DNA from: Malacoraja senta
Lineage: Eukaryota
Length of the DNA stretch: 64,000 bases
Assembly: GCA_038087875.1 (NCBI GenBank)
Contig: CM075990.1
Coordinates: 11,720,001 to 11,784,000, forward strand
Reading direction: 5' to 3'
Shown: one piece after another, positions 24,918-36,740 of the stretch
Numbering within the stretch: position 1 is the stretch's first letter
How the letters are laid out: every line of letters starts with the position of its first letter
Translations under genes and position numbers: made by a program
The notes under the pieces: model-generated
Databases searched by the model: none
What the model saw: only the letters and a program-made list of their open reading frames with translations
Told to the model about the DNA's origin: nothing

Positions 24918-27350
24918 TCTACCTCTTCTTCCCCAGCATTTGATCATCTGCCGTGGCATTACCTTGTCGCACACTGCCAAATTTTGCTTGATAATTCTCC
25001 AGTGAAGTGCCTTGGGCTGTTTTGCTATGTTAAGGGACCTATATCAATACAAGGTGTTGTTCTTGGCATAAGACCACACACACTTGTGGGGAATTGCACG
25101 CACAGACTTGCACCAGGTTTCTGCAGCACTGCACTTGTTAGTAAGTAGTGCTTTGAGTCTGCCCCTTGTGTTCAAAGGGATTGTTTCCTCTCCAAAGATT
25201 CAGTCATGTCCCTGATGGTCCGCAGAGATTAGAGATGCCAGGCGTCCATGAATCAACTGGGAAAATACATAGGGATAGTGGAAAGAATGCGTCTTTAGCT
25301 TTGAAGATCGACACAAAAAAGCTGGAGGAACTCAGCAGGTCAGGCAGCATCTGTGGAGAAAAAAAAATAGGTGAGGTTTTGGGTCGAAACCCTTCTTCAG
25401 ACTGTCAGGGGAAAGGGAAACGAGAGATACAGATGGTGATGTAGAGAGATATAGAACAAATAAATGGAAGGTATGCAAAATAAAAGTGACAATGATAAAG
25501 GAAATTGGCCATAGGGAGACAATGCTGGAGAAACTCAGCGGGTGCGGCAGCATCTATGGAGCGAAGGAATAGGCGACGTTTCGGGTCGAGACCCTTCTTC
25601 AGCTCCATAGATGCTGCCTCACCCGCTGAGTTTCTCCCTCAATTTTTCCAGCATCTGCAGTTCTTTCTTAAACAAGGAAATAGGCCATTGTTAGCTGTGG
25701 GCGGGGAGAAAACGAGATACAGACAAAGATAATTGTAAATTGTCCCTAGTGTGTGTAGGGTAGTAATAGCGTGCGGGGATCACTGGTCAGAGTGGACTTG
25801 GTGGGTCGAAGAGTCTGTTTCCGCGCTGTATCTTTAAAATAAAATAAAATAAAATATCTAGGGTTATTAATAAAAATTGGAAATGAATACTGGAGGCAAG
25901 GCCAGGAGAGATGGGGGCAAAGCAATGTTTAAAGGGCCTGTCCCACTGTACGAGGTAATTCAAGAGCTCTCCCGAGGTTAAAAAAAAATCAAACTCGTGG
26001 TAAGCACGTAGAATGTACGTAGCGGCTACATCGGAGCTCGTGGATGTCTCGTAACGGCTCGTAACGCTAACAGCAGGTACTCGGGAAACGCGGTAACTCA
26101 TGACATTTTTTCAGCACTGTGAAAAATGTCCACGAGAGCCCCGAGCACTTACGAATGGTTATTACAGTAATTCTCCGAGTTCGAATCAGGGGAAACTCGG
26201 GAGAACTCTTGAATTACCTCGTACAGTGGGACAGGCCCTTTGCCATCTTTACAGGAAACAAATGGCATTTAAGAGGCCTTTTGATCGGCACATGGATATG
26301 CAAGGAATGGATTGCATGCAGGCAGATGAGATTACTCTACCTTGACATCATTTTCACCGCAGACATTGTAGGCCTGTTCCTGTGCTGTACTGTTCTATGT
26401 TCTACAACAAACAATCCCTGGATCTAAACAACATTGTGATTCTCTTTCGGAGAGCTGCCTGCAAAAGGCAAAGCATAATCCGTAGTAAACATGTGACCTG
26501 TGAAGAATAATTCAAGCCCACACCCACTCGCCCCACCAAGACTGTGAACAAAGGCATTTGATGTTTGGTGCCTTTGCCTCTGATAAACATGGCAATTAAG
26601 CAAAGCTTGAGTGAATCTGAATGCTTGAGTCCAATAAAATGTTATTTAACCCACCGTGCAACAGGCCCAGGGTGGTTTTCTAACTTGCCTGCGCTCTGTT
26701 CAAAGCTTCAGTCCCTCCAGGCAACAACTTTGCAAGAAAACATACGGACTAAAGTCTATACACGGTCTAATCAGACAGAGCAAGATGAGGAAGGCTGTTC
26801 AGCCCTTTGAACCTGTTGCTTCAGTCAGTGTGGGTGATATGTAAACTCTGGTTGCTTCCATTCCCTTGTCCAAGTTGTAAGTCATTGTCATACAACACAG
26901 GCCCTTCGGCCCTACTCTTCCATGCTGACTGGAATGCCCCATCTCATGTTGGGCCCATATCCCTCTAGACCTTTCCCATCTATGTACCCGTCCAAATGTC
27001 TTGACGATATTATTGTAATCTCCAAGCTTCTGGTCGACACAGGTCATAAACAATTATTTTTAGAGAGATTTCCAGGTTTCCATTGCTTTTTGGAAAGTAC
27101 TTCTGGACAATAACTGAACATATAATTAAAACATTATATAAAATGCAAAAATAAGTGTGGTACGCTGCACGATGGCACGGTGGTAGAGTTGCTGCCTTCC
27201 AGCACTTACAGCGCCAGATACCTGGTTTCGATCCTGGCTACGGGTGCTTGTCTGTACGGAGTTTGTACCTTCTCCCCGTGACCTGCGTGGGTTTTCTCTG
27301 GTATCTCCAGTTTCCTCCCACACTTCAAAGACGTAGAGCTTTGTAGGTTA
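24918..27350 (+). repeat. Tandem segmental duplication, unit 2
   Basis: Paired near-identical ORF translations, e.g. 23698-23943 vs 26565-26810. Confidence 0.9.
25933..26239. mobile_element. Harbinger-like MITE
   Basis: Long TIR AGGGCCTGTCCCACTGTACGAGGTAATTCAAGAG; empty paralogous site near 23458. Confidence 0.9.
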
Positions 27351-27472
27351 GTTGGCTTGGTATAAAATGTTTTTAAAGATTGTCCCTCGTATGGGATCGT
27401 GTTACTGTGCTGGGATCGCTGGTCAGTGGGCCGAAGAGCCTAATTTCCGCTCTATATCTCTAAACCAAACTG
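27164..27472 (+). mobile_element. V-SINE
   Basis: Family match; paralog at 24631-24835. Confidence 0.85.
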
Positions 27473-28522
27473 AAAAAAATAAGCCTCGGTGAGAGACCTA
27501 ACTGGTCCCCTCTCCAGCATGTGTTGTTTGAGTCTTATCTCAAGTCATCTCTGTGGAATGTGATAAATCCAGCTGATCTTTCCTTCATGATTTCAAAGTG
27601 TATTTGTGCGAGTCTGTGATGATTCTGGGGGGAGATACGACACATTCTCACAGCCACAGATGGAACGTACCTCCTACAACCAGTACCGGATTCAGTAATG
27701 TGGAACGCCTGTTTGGGCCTCAGGTGAAGGTAGATATCGTTGAAAATTGATTTCAATCTCGCTCAATACCTTTTATCGATGCATTTTTTAGTCTGCTTCT
27801 GAAATTGTTTTGCATTTGAGATATTCATTGGCACTCTGCCAACTCTGCGCATTGCAGTAAGTGCACGAAGCACAAGAAGGTGGCGGACACTGGAGGGGGG
27901 CGATCCTTTGAATGTGGCAGCTGGCGGGGACAAGGGGAACTCTATCCCATTCAGGCAGGGAGGAGAGGGGAAGACTGGAAGATGCAATCATGAGCCTTGC
28001 CGAACAAGATTAAGGACAAAGAAAAAGATTAGAGAGGCTCCTTGCTCACAATTCAACGGGAGCTGATCCACTGAATATCTGCAGTGGTTTCTGTTTTTAT
28101 TGCAGTGTCAATAGTTTAGTTTAGTGCAAGGTTTCAAGGTCAGTTTATTGTCACATGTACCAATTATGGTACAGTGACATTTTTAGCTACCATACAGCCA
28201 TACTAAGTGAAAAGTAATAAGTCACACAGCCACATTAAAGTTAACATAAACATCCATCACAGTGGATTCCATACTCCTCACTGTGATGGAAGGCAATAAA
28301 GTTCAATCCACTTCCTCTTTGTTCTCCCGGGATCGGGGCAGTCAAACCATCCGCAGATCCAAGCCCCCACATCTGACGATCGAACCCCCGTCGGGGTGAT
28401 CGAAACTCCCGCGCCGGGGCGGTTAAAACTCTCTCCGCGGCATGGAGCTCCCGACTCGGCCTCTTCTCACCAGAGACCGCGGGCTTCGCGATGTTAAAGT
28501 CCACAGGCCCCGCGGTTGGAGT

Positions 28523-28824
28523 AGAGATATAGCACGGAAACAGGCCCTTCGGCCCACTGAGTCCACGCCGACCAGCGATCCCACACACTAACACTATCCT
28601 ACACACACTAGGGACAATTTGCATTTACACCAAGCCAATTAACCCACCAACCTGCACGTCTTTTGGAGTGTGGGAGGAAACCGAAGATCTCGGAGAAAAC
28701 CCACGCGGTCATGGGGAGAACGTACAAACTCCGTACAGACAGCACCCGTAGTCGGGATTGAAGCCGGGTCTCTGGCGCTGAAAGGGCTGTACGGCAGCAA
28801 CTCTACCGCTGCGCCACCGTGCCA
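28523..28824 (-). mobile_element. V-SINE (young)
   Basis: Full-length, CpG-rich family match. Confidence 0.9.
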
Positions 28825-29271
28825 CCCACGTCTTGTACGTAATAACGAGAAGATTTTCCAGTATGAAGCTAAAAATCCAAAGGGACCCATCTCATTGCAG
28901 CCTGTTCTGGCCTTGGAGATCACTCAATGCCACTTCATATTGTCCCTTTTCTCCTGCTGTTTCAGTGCCGATGAGCTTCACAAATCCCCTTGTGCACCGC
29001 CTCTCGCGGAGGTTCAACGTCTCCATCTTTGGACGGTTCTGTGTTCTCGTCAGATGTGCAAATGAACAGTGAAATTCTCTAACAAACAGTCCAGTCGGAG
29101 TCCAGTCCTCGATTAGCAAAGTGTACAGAAATAGCCCACATAGACCGCACGCAAGGGGCGCCCTGTTTTGGAGCCATTTTCCAAGTCTAGTCCACGCTCT
29201 GGTTGTTATGAGCGGTGCCCGATCCAGGCGAGCCCCAGGCTGCAGCAGGCCTCCAGCCATCGCCTTCCTTA

Positions 29272-29500
29272 AGGGCCTGTCCCACTTTCACGACCTAATT
29301 CACAACCTTTTTTTACTCGTGGACATTTTTCATCATGCTAGAAAAAACGCCCCGACCTACTTGATGCCACGAGTACCTACGACTAGCATCACGGCCTGCT
29401 ACGACCTACCTACGACCTCGTGACGACCATGCTGCGAGTATGAGTCAAGGGCAAACTCGGCAGAGGTCGTGAATTAGGTCGTGAAAGTGGCACAGGCCCT
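29272..29500. mobile_element. Harbinger-like MITE, subfamily 2
   Basis: TIR AGGGCCTGTCCCACTTTCACGACCTAATTCAC; inverted sibling at 31365-31587. Confidence 0.9.
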
Positions 29501-29544
29501 TTGGACGTGTGGATCGACCTGCGAACTGTTGTCGCTCTACTCAC

Positions 29545-29647
29545 CCGTGCCATTGGGGGGCCTCCAGGGCTCGGTAGGCCGGACCCCGGTCCCTCTGTCC
29601 CCTCCTTGCTCCTCATCCGTCACATCCGTCATTGTCGCTGGCTCCAT
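29545..29647 (-). other. Candidate first coding exon (speculative)
   Basis: AGGATGG Kozak context, MEPATMTDVTDEEQGGDRGTGVRPTEPWRPPNGT, CGG|gtgagt donor. Confidence 0.2.
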
Positions 29648-30179
29648 CCTCCCCAGTCCCTGCTCTTCGGGGAAGAGTTGTTTAAAAATGTGAGTGGGTG
29701 GAACAATACACATAGTTTCCAGCTCACTAATACTGGAGTTAATTAAGATTGGAACCACCTGCTCATGTGGAAAGTTAACACAGGCACAGACTCAAGCTGA
29801 ATGGCTCCCAGTAATCTCCAGCTATTTCTTAATTGACTGGCTGAACAACCAGGTAAGATTGTAACGTCGCAAATGTCCAGATAGCAGTGACAAGAACATT
29901 GCTCAAAGAAAGATTAACCTTTCCAATTTAGTCACATCCAATAATCTGAAAGACTTTAAATTAAATTTAAGATGAAGCAATCTCCTAGCTTCCACGTGCA
30001 GTGTTTGTATGTTGCAAATAGCGATGACAACTGCATACTCTGATGGAAAGCAAGCTGCATTAAACGTGGTGAAGCTGGTTGATGGGCTATCAGGAATAAC
30101 AATTTGCCAGTCATTTTAGTTCAACGCAACAACTTCCATTCATGCAGCGTCTTTTAAATCTCATAAGCTTGCCTTCGAG

Positions 30180-30852
30180 TTGTCACGAGTTGAGACATCG
30201 TGTTACAGCTGTACAAGACATTGGCTTGGCCACATTCAGACTACTGCGTACAGTTCAAGTTGCCCTGCTGTCAGAAGATTATCATTGAACGGTAAAGGGT
30301 TCAAAGATGGTTTATGAGAATGTTACTGGGTCTGACGGCTGGATCCATGAGAAGAGGCTGGGTCTTTTCCCCCCTTGAGCGTAAGAGGCTGTGGAGAGAA
30401 GTTTATAATGCCAAGATGGACACGGATAATGTGAGGAGCCACTGTCTGTCCCCAGGATATGTGAGACTAATGGGCCTGTCCCACTTAGGTGACTCTTTAG
30501 GTGACTGCCAGGGACTAGTTTGAATGGAATTCATCTACGACAGCAAAAATTGTCACCACTGTCGGCGAAAGTGTTTCAATATGTAGAAAATTCTGCGGCA
30601 TTCGCCCAAAAAATCACCTAAGTGGGACAGGCCCATAAGTTAAAAGGGGAAAAATGTAAAAGGGACCCGAGGAGCAATATCTTCATAGAGGACGGTGTAC
30701 ACATGGAACAAACTGCCAGAGGAACTGGTGGAGATAGTTACATTTATGACACTTACACATCACGTGGATAGATATGGGCCAGGCTCAGGTTTGTACTTGG
30801 CGAGGCAACTTGGTTGACATTGACAAGTTTGGCCGAAGGGCCTGTTTCCATG
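30180..30852 (+). mobile_element. Decayed CR1 3' fragment interrupted by a MITE
   Basis: LQLYKTLAWPHSDYCVQF-like motif and tail GGCCGAAGGGCCTGTTTCC. Confidence 0.7.
30471..30635. mobile_element. Harbinger-like MITE, subfamily 3
   Basis: TAA|TGGGCCTGTCCCACTTAGGTGA ... TCACCTAAGTGGGACAGGCCCA|TAA. Confidence 0.9.
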
Positions 30853-30986
30853 CAGCAAATGAAGTGAAGGAGTGATGGGGTCTTAACATGATGGCTAAAC
30901 TAACGCTTTTCCAGGACACGTATCTGAAACCAACAGCACTTGAGATTCTTAGTTCATGCAACGACTCTAAGACGGGGAACCAGTCT

Positions 30987-31364
30987 GGGGCAGCACAGTG
31001 GCGCAGCAGTAGAGTTGCTGCCTTACAGCACCGGAGACCCGGGTTCCATCCTGACTGGGTGCTGTCTGTATGGAGTCTGTACGTTCTCCCCGTGATCTGC
31101 GTGGGTTTTCTCCGGGTGCTCTGGTTTCCTCCCACACTCCAAAGATGCACAGGTTTGTAGGATGGTGTCATTGTAAGTTGTCCCTAGATAGATGCAAAAA
31201 GCTGGAGTAACTCAGTGGGTCAGCAGCATCTCTGGAGAAAACGGAAAACTGTAGGTGACTTATTGTTATTGTCTAGGGAATTGACCCTAGTATTAGTGCG
31301 CGGGGATCGCGGGTCGGCATGTACTCGCTGGGCCGAAGGACCTGTTGCCGTACTGTATCTCTAA
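30987..31364 (+). mobile_element. V-SINE interrupted by a Penelope fragment
   Basis: Family match; Penelope piece at about 31188-31260. Confidence 0.8.
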
Positions 31365-31587
31365 AGGGCCTGTCCCAATTTCACGACCTAATTCACGACC
31401 TCTGCCGAGTTTGCCCTTGAATCATACTCGCAGCATGGTCGTCACGGGGTCGTAGGTAGGGCGTAGCAGGCCGTGATGCTAGTCGTAGGTACTCGTGGCA
31501 TCAAGTAGGTCGGGGCGTTTTTTCTAGCCTGATGAAAAATGTCCACGAATAGGTCGTGAATTAGGACGTGAGAGTGGGTCAGGCCCT
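31365..31587. mobile_element. Harbinger-like MITE, subfamily 2
   Basis: Inserted in the SINE tail TCTC-TAA-ACTAAAC with a TAA duplication. Confidence 0.9.
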
Positions 31588-31623
31588 TAAACTAAACTAA
31601 AAGTCATTCCCTACATTACTGGT

Positions 31624-31941
31624 CGGGTGGTCACGGTGGCGCAGCGGTCGATTTGCTACCTTACAGCGAATGTAACGCCAGAGACCCGGGTTCGATCCTG
31701 ATTACAGGTGCTGTCTGTACGGAGTTTTACGTTCTCGCCATGACCTGCGTGGGTTTTCTCCGAGAAGATCTTCGGTTTCCTCCCACACTCCAAAGACGTA
31801 CATGTTCGTAGGTTAATTGGCTTGGCAAATGTAAAATTGTCCCTAGTGGGTGTAGGATAGTGTTAATGTGCGGGGGATCGCTGGTCGGCGCGGACCCGGT
31901 GGGCCGAAGGGCCTGTTTCCGTGCTGTATCTCTAAACTAAA
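31624..31941 (+). mobile_element. V-SINE
   Basis: Full-length family match. Confidence 0.9.
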
Positions 31942-32724
31942 CCACTTAAAGGTAGCCCCTCCGTCTATAATGTGCCATAGTGAAAGGTACATTGTTGTTG
32001 TGTACCTGCAGGAGAGCCGGTGAGGCAGGTGTTGTACAAACCAGATGTTGTTTGCACAGTGAAAGCAATCAGGGTATTGGGCACCCTGCCATGTGTTTCA
32101 CCAGTGGACCTGGTGACTCCATGTACTCTGCAGATAAGGACTGATAACGGTAATCTTCTCAAAACTTGAGACAATAGAAAGGCAGCCGTTGTCATAGATG
32201 CAGGAATGGCTAAAAGCTTTTCTTGTTGACTGGCGCTCGGGTTGGGGGAGGGGGAAGTGACTTTTAAAAGGCTGGGCCGGCTAATGGCTCAGTTAACCCC
32301 GAAACTGCCCATCAATCATCCTTGCGGCAGGGACCCACAGAAAGAATATGCTGCCCACAGCACAGCGAGGTTGTTCGTGCTTTCAAAGGAGCATTGTTTC
32401 GCAGGCTAATTTAGCAGAGAAAGATTGTTAGTAAGGGAGGTGAAAAATCCACTGAAGGAATCAGGTATTACTTGTCCCTGTACATGAACCCCACCTTTAA
32501 TCCCCTCCCACCACGTCAGTGGATGAGCTGGCTTTAGTCATCTTTAAAATTATTTTTTATTTTTTCATAAACCAAAGTAGAATGTAAAGGTAAAGAGAAC
32601 TCCGACTTTCACGTCCCCTTCACGATGCCTCAGAGCAGCCAACAATCCAAGATGTACTTATTGAAATGCAACGATATAAGACATGCAGCAGATATATAGT
32701 TTTGCTACCAGTAGCTATGATTTG

Positions 32725-33165
32725 TATAGGATGAAACCGCAGATGCTGGTTTAAACCAGATAGACGCAGGAAGCTGGAATAACTCAGCGGGTCAGGCGGC
32801 ATCTCTGGAGAAAGGGAATAGGTGACATTTCGGGTCGAGACCCTTCTTCAGACTGGTCTGAATCAGCCTGGTCAAGGATCTCAACCCGAAACATCACCTG
32901 TTTAAGAAGGAACTGCAGATGCTGGAAAATCGAAGGTAGACAAAAATGCTGGAGAAACTCAGCGGGTGAGGCAGCATCTGTGGAGCGAAGGGAATAGGCA
33001 ACGTTTCGGGCCGAAACCCTTCTCGTTGTCTATTTCCTTCGCTCCATAGATGCTGCCTCACCCGCTGAGTTTCTCCAGCATTTTTGTCTACCTCCGAAAC
33101 ATCACCTATTCCTTTTCTCCAGAGATGTTGTCTGACCCGCTGAGTTACTCCAGCTTTTTAAGTCT
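32725..33165. mobile_element. Nested Penelope foldbacks (B inside A)
   Basis: Inner insert 32900-33093 flanked by the TSD CCGAAACATCACCT. Confidence 0.85.
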
Positions 33166-33381
33166 AGCTACGATTTGTATACGGACATGGTGGGGAATAA
33201 TCTGAAGGGGAATGGGACTGACAGGTATTGGTTTTATTATTGTCGTGTGTACCAAGATGCACTCAACATCTTTTGTGTTTAGTGTTGGACACAGACGGAT
33301 CTTAACTTGCATGTGTACAACACGTAGTTGAAAATCAAGTTAGATTACACAAAATAAAAATAGACAGAAATGGCACCTTCT

Positions 33382-33508
33382 ATGAAGAAGGGTTTCGGCC
33401 CGAAACGTTGCCTATTTCCTTCGCTCCAAAGATGCTGCCTCACCTGCTGAGTTTCTCCAGCATTTTTATCTACCTTCGAGTTTCCAGCATCTGCAGTTTC
33501 TTCTTAAA
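33382..33508 (+). mobile_element. Penelope terminal repeat (subfamily B)
   Basis: TGAAGAAGGGTTTCGGCCCGAAACGTTGCCTATTTCC... Confidence 0.85.
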
Positions 33509-33551
33509 GACCTTCCGTGCCTCACCATTTTCGAGTCATGGAGTGACTTTG

Positions 33552-33840
33552 TGCGGCCCGGTAGCGCATCGGTAGAGTTGCTGCCTTACAGCGCCAGAGA
33601 CCCCGGGTTCGATCTTGACTACCGGTGCTGTCTGTATGGAGTTTGCACCTTCTCCCGGTGACCGTGTTGGGTTTTCTCCCGGTGCTCCCGGTTTCCTCCC
33701 ACACTCCAAGGACGTTGGTCTGTAGGTTAATTGGCTTTGGTAAAATTGTGAAGTGCCCCCAGTGTGTACGGGGCGATCACTGGTCGGTGCGGACTTGGTG
33801 GGACGAAGGGACTATTTCTACACTATATCTCTAAACTGAA
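33552..33840 (+). mobile_element. V-SINE
   Basis: Family match. Confidence 0.8.
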
Positions 33841-34958
33841 GTAAAGTAAAGAGTTTTACAGCATGGAATCGAGCACTTCAGCCTAACTTGCCATGTCGAC
33901 CAAAATGCCCCATCTGCAGTAGTGTGCCTCACTTAATGAACCAAAAAGCTGTTTCAATTATGTTTAATAAGGGAGAAGTCACTGGAGATTCCATCTATGA
34001 AATAGGACTGTGGGATCTCTAGGAGGAGGCGGGAAGTGTCGCGTGGCCTTGGTTTATCTCCTATTCCTAGGGCAGTGCCTCTGAGAAGAACAGAACTAGT
34101 TCACTGGAAACTGGGCTGCAAGCTGAACACACCACGAGGTGTTTGCAGGAGGAGGCAAAGGAAACCAGGTCCTTAATCTAGATACGAGCTTGCACAGGCC
34201 AAGAATAGTTAACTTTAAATCAATTAATTTGTCAAGGTAAGGTGCATGGACAGGACAGGTTTGGAGGGATATGGACCAAGTGCAGGCAGGTGGGACTGGT
34301 GTCGCTGGGACATGTTTGCCGCTGTGGGCAAGTTGGGCCGAAGGGCCTGTTTCCACACTGTATCACTCTATGACTCAGTCTCATCGTCTGACTCCAGCCA
34401 ACTTCTCCCAGCTGAGATTGAGCGCCCTCTCAGCCCCAGCCCCCTCTATTTATAGTGCATGCATCTTTGCATCACCCATGGTCTCATTGAACATCTAGGC
34501 AAACCTTGAAGGGCTGAATGGCCTCCTTGTTTCTATGGACCAACATACGTGACCCCTGAAATATGGTTGCTTGGGAAACGGGAATTCACAAATCCATTGT
34601 CAAAAAGTGGAGATACGGAATAAAATTAGCCCTTGGAATTCATGTTGGAAAGGGAAATAAAACATTTGTTTATAAACTTGCGACTCCTCGATGCATACGC
34701 AGATGATACAGCTTTGCGTTATTTTAAAATTGCAACACGGCCCATTTTCCAGGAATGCATGCAGCCCTGACACCCCACCCCCCCCCTCCCCATAACTCTA
34801 GCACAACTGGTATTATCGCAACTATTAATTATTTAAACATCTTGAAGAGATCGGCAGAAATCTTTTTGTTCAGTTCTTGACATCAGGGACGCTCCACTTA
34901 AATGTGATGGAAGATGATTGTATTCGTACTTTTAAAACAGTAGTGTTGCAGGTTATTG

Positions 34959-35215
34959 GGCAGGACGGTAGTGTAGCGTTAGTGCTACTGCCTTACAGCG
35001 CCAGAGACCCCGGGTTCGATCCTGACCAAGGGTGCTTGTCTGTACGGAGTTTGTATGTTCTCCTCATGGCCCGCGTGGGTTTTCTCCAAGGTTTTCACTT
35101 TCCTCCCACACTTCCTAGTGTGTGTAGGGTAGTGCTAATGTGCGGGGACCGCTGGTTGGCACGGACTCGGTGGGCCGAAGGGCCTGTTTCCATGCTGTAT
35201 CTCTGAACTAAATTA
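34959..35215 (+). mobile_element. V-SINE with internal deletion
   Basis: Family match. Confidence 0.8.
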
Positions 35216-36415
35216 AACCAGTCTGAAGAAGCGTCGCGACCTGAAGCGTCACCCATCCCTTCTCTCCAGAGATGCTGCCTGTCCCGCTGAGTTACTCCAG
35301 CATTTTGTGTCTAAACTTCCAGGGTTTGGGGTGAAAAAATGTATGCTTTCAGTTGAAGCATTAATCCAAAGCCCTACCTACTCCCTTAGATGGACTAAAA
35401 ATATCCCCTGACTGTAATTTCAAAGAGCAAGGGTTCTCTTCTTTGTTAGGCCAACAGTTAACCCTCTTTTAACATCACTAAAACAAAAGGCCTGGTTACA
35501 AGCTCTTACATGCAGCCGAGAGATTACAAAGCACATTTTGGCAGCCGTGGTCCCTTAACTATGATAGGAGCGACATCACTGTGATACAACAATGCTGAGT
35601 CTCCCCTGATATCAGTCTGAAGAAGGGTCTCCACCCCAAAACGTCACCCATTCCTTCTCTCCAGAGGTATTGCCTGTCCCGCTGAGTTACTCCAGCATTT
35701 TGTGTCTATCTTCGATTTAAACCAGCATCTGCAGTTCCTTCCCACACATAATACTGCAGGAAGCCTTGTCTTTCTCTAAACCATGGGATACGAGGAAACC
35801 CTCCTGGGTGCCGTGGCTTATCAGCGTGTTGCAGAAGGTGGAGAAAGATGAGTGGCCCTCTTTGTCCAGTGCCTCGTGTGTGTCCCCCCCCCCCCCCCCC
35901 CCCCCCACCCCCGGCCATCCTCTGCAACCCTCATTCACTGAATAGCAGCTGCTTTTATTGAACAGAGCACCAGCAACAATTGCCAACTCGAGTGGGAGAG
36001 AAAGCATGGCTGCAACTAGCCATTGATACCAGTTGAACACAGGGCCATGTAAGCAAAGCTCTTTCTCAAGCAGGCACTGTTATTGCCCATCATCATAATG
36101 GAGTGTGTACCACTGTTTCAATGGGTGGATAGTGGAGACCTGACCCTGGGTTCACACGGGGCCAGAGCCTAATGAAGGCCATGCAAACAAACTAAAAGGG
36201 CTTCTTTGTTATGGGGGTCTCGAGTGAAGTGCTTATTTGTTTTAGCCTGAGTGAAGGGCAAGAAGGTGTTGTACCTCTGCTGCCCATCTGTGCACCTGTT
36301 ATTCAGAATGAAGCACTCCTTTAGAAATTGGCTGCTGTTCTTTCTTTCTTGGGGGATAAAGACAGCAGTGGCTTTTGTCTGCCATATTCATTTGCTCTTT
36401 CCACCAATGTAGAAT

Positions 36416-36592
36416 AGGCACCAAGGTGGTGCAGCGGTAGAGTTGCTGCCTGACAACGCCAGAGACTCGGGTTCGATTCTGACTACGGCTGCTGTCTATG
36501 TAGAGTTTGCACGTTCTCCCCGTGACCTGCGTGGGCTTTCCCCGGGAGCTCCGGTTTCCTCACACACTCCAAAGACATACAGGTTTGTAGGC
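36416..36592 (+). mobile_element. V-SINE 5' part
   Basis: Head and V-domain. Confidence 0.8.
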
Positions 36593-36704
36593 TGAATGTG
36601 TCAGAAGGAACTGCAGAAGCTGGTTTAAAGCGAAGAAAGACAGAAAAAGCTGGAGTAACTCAGCGGGACAGGCAACATCTCTGGATGGGTGATGTTTCGG
36701 GTCG

Positions 36705-36740
36705 AGGTCTGAAGAAGGGTCTCGACCCGAAACGTCACCT
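36705..36740 (+). ncRNA. Minimal type I hammerhead ribozyme motif in a Penelope terminal repeat
   Basis: AGGU-CUGAAGA-A-GGGU(CUCG)ACCC-GAAAC-GUC-ACCU. Confidence 0.55.
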
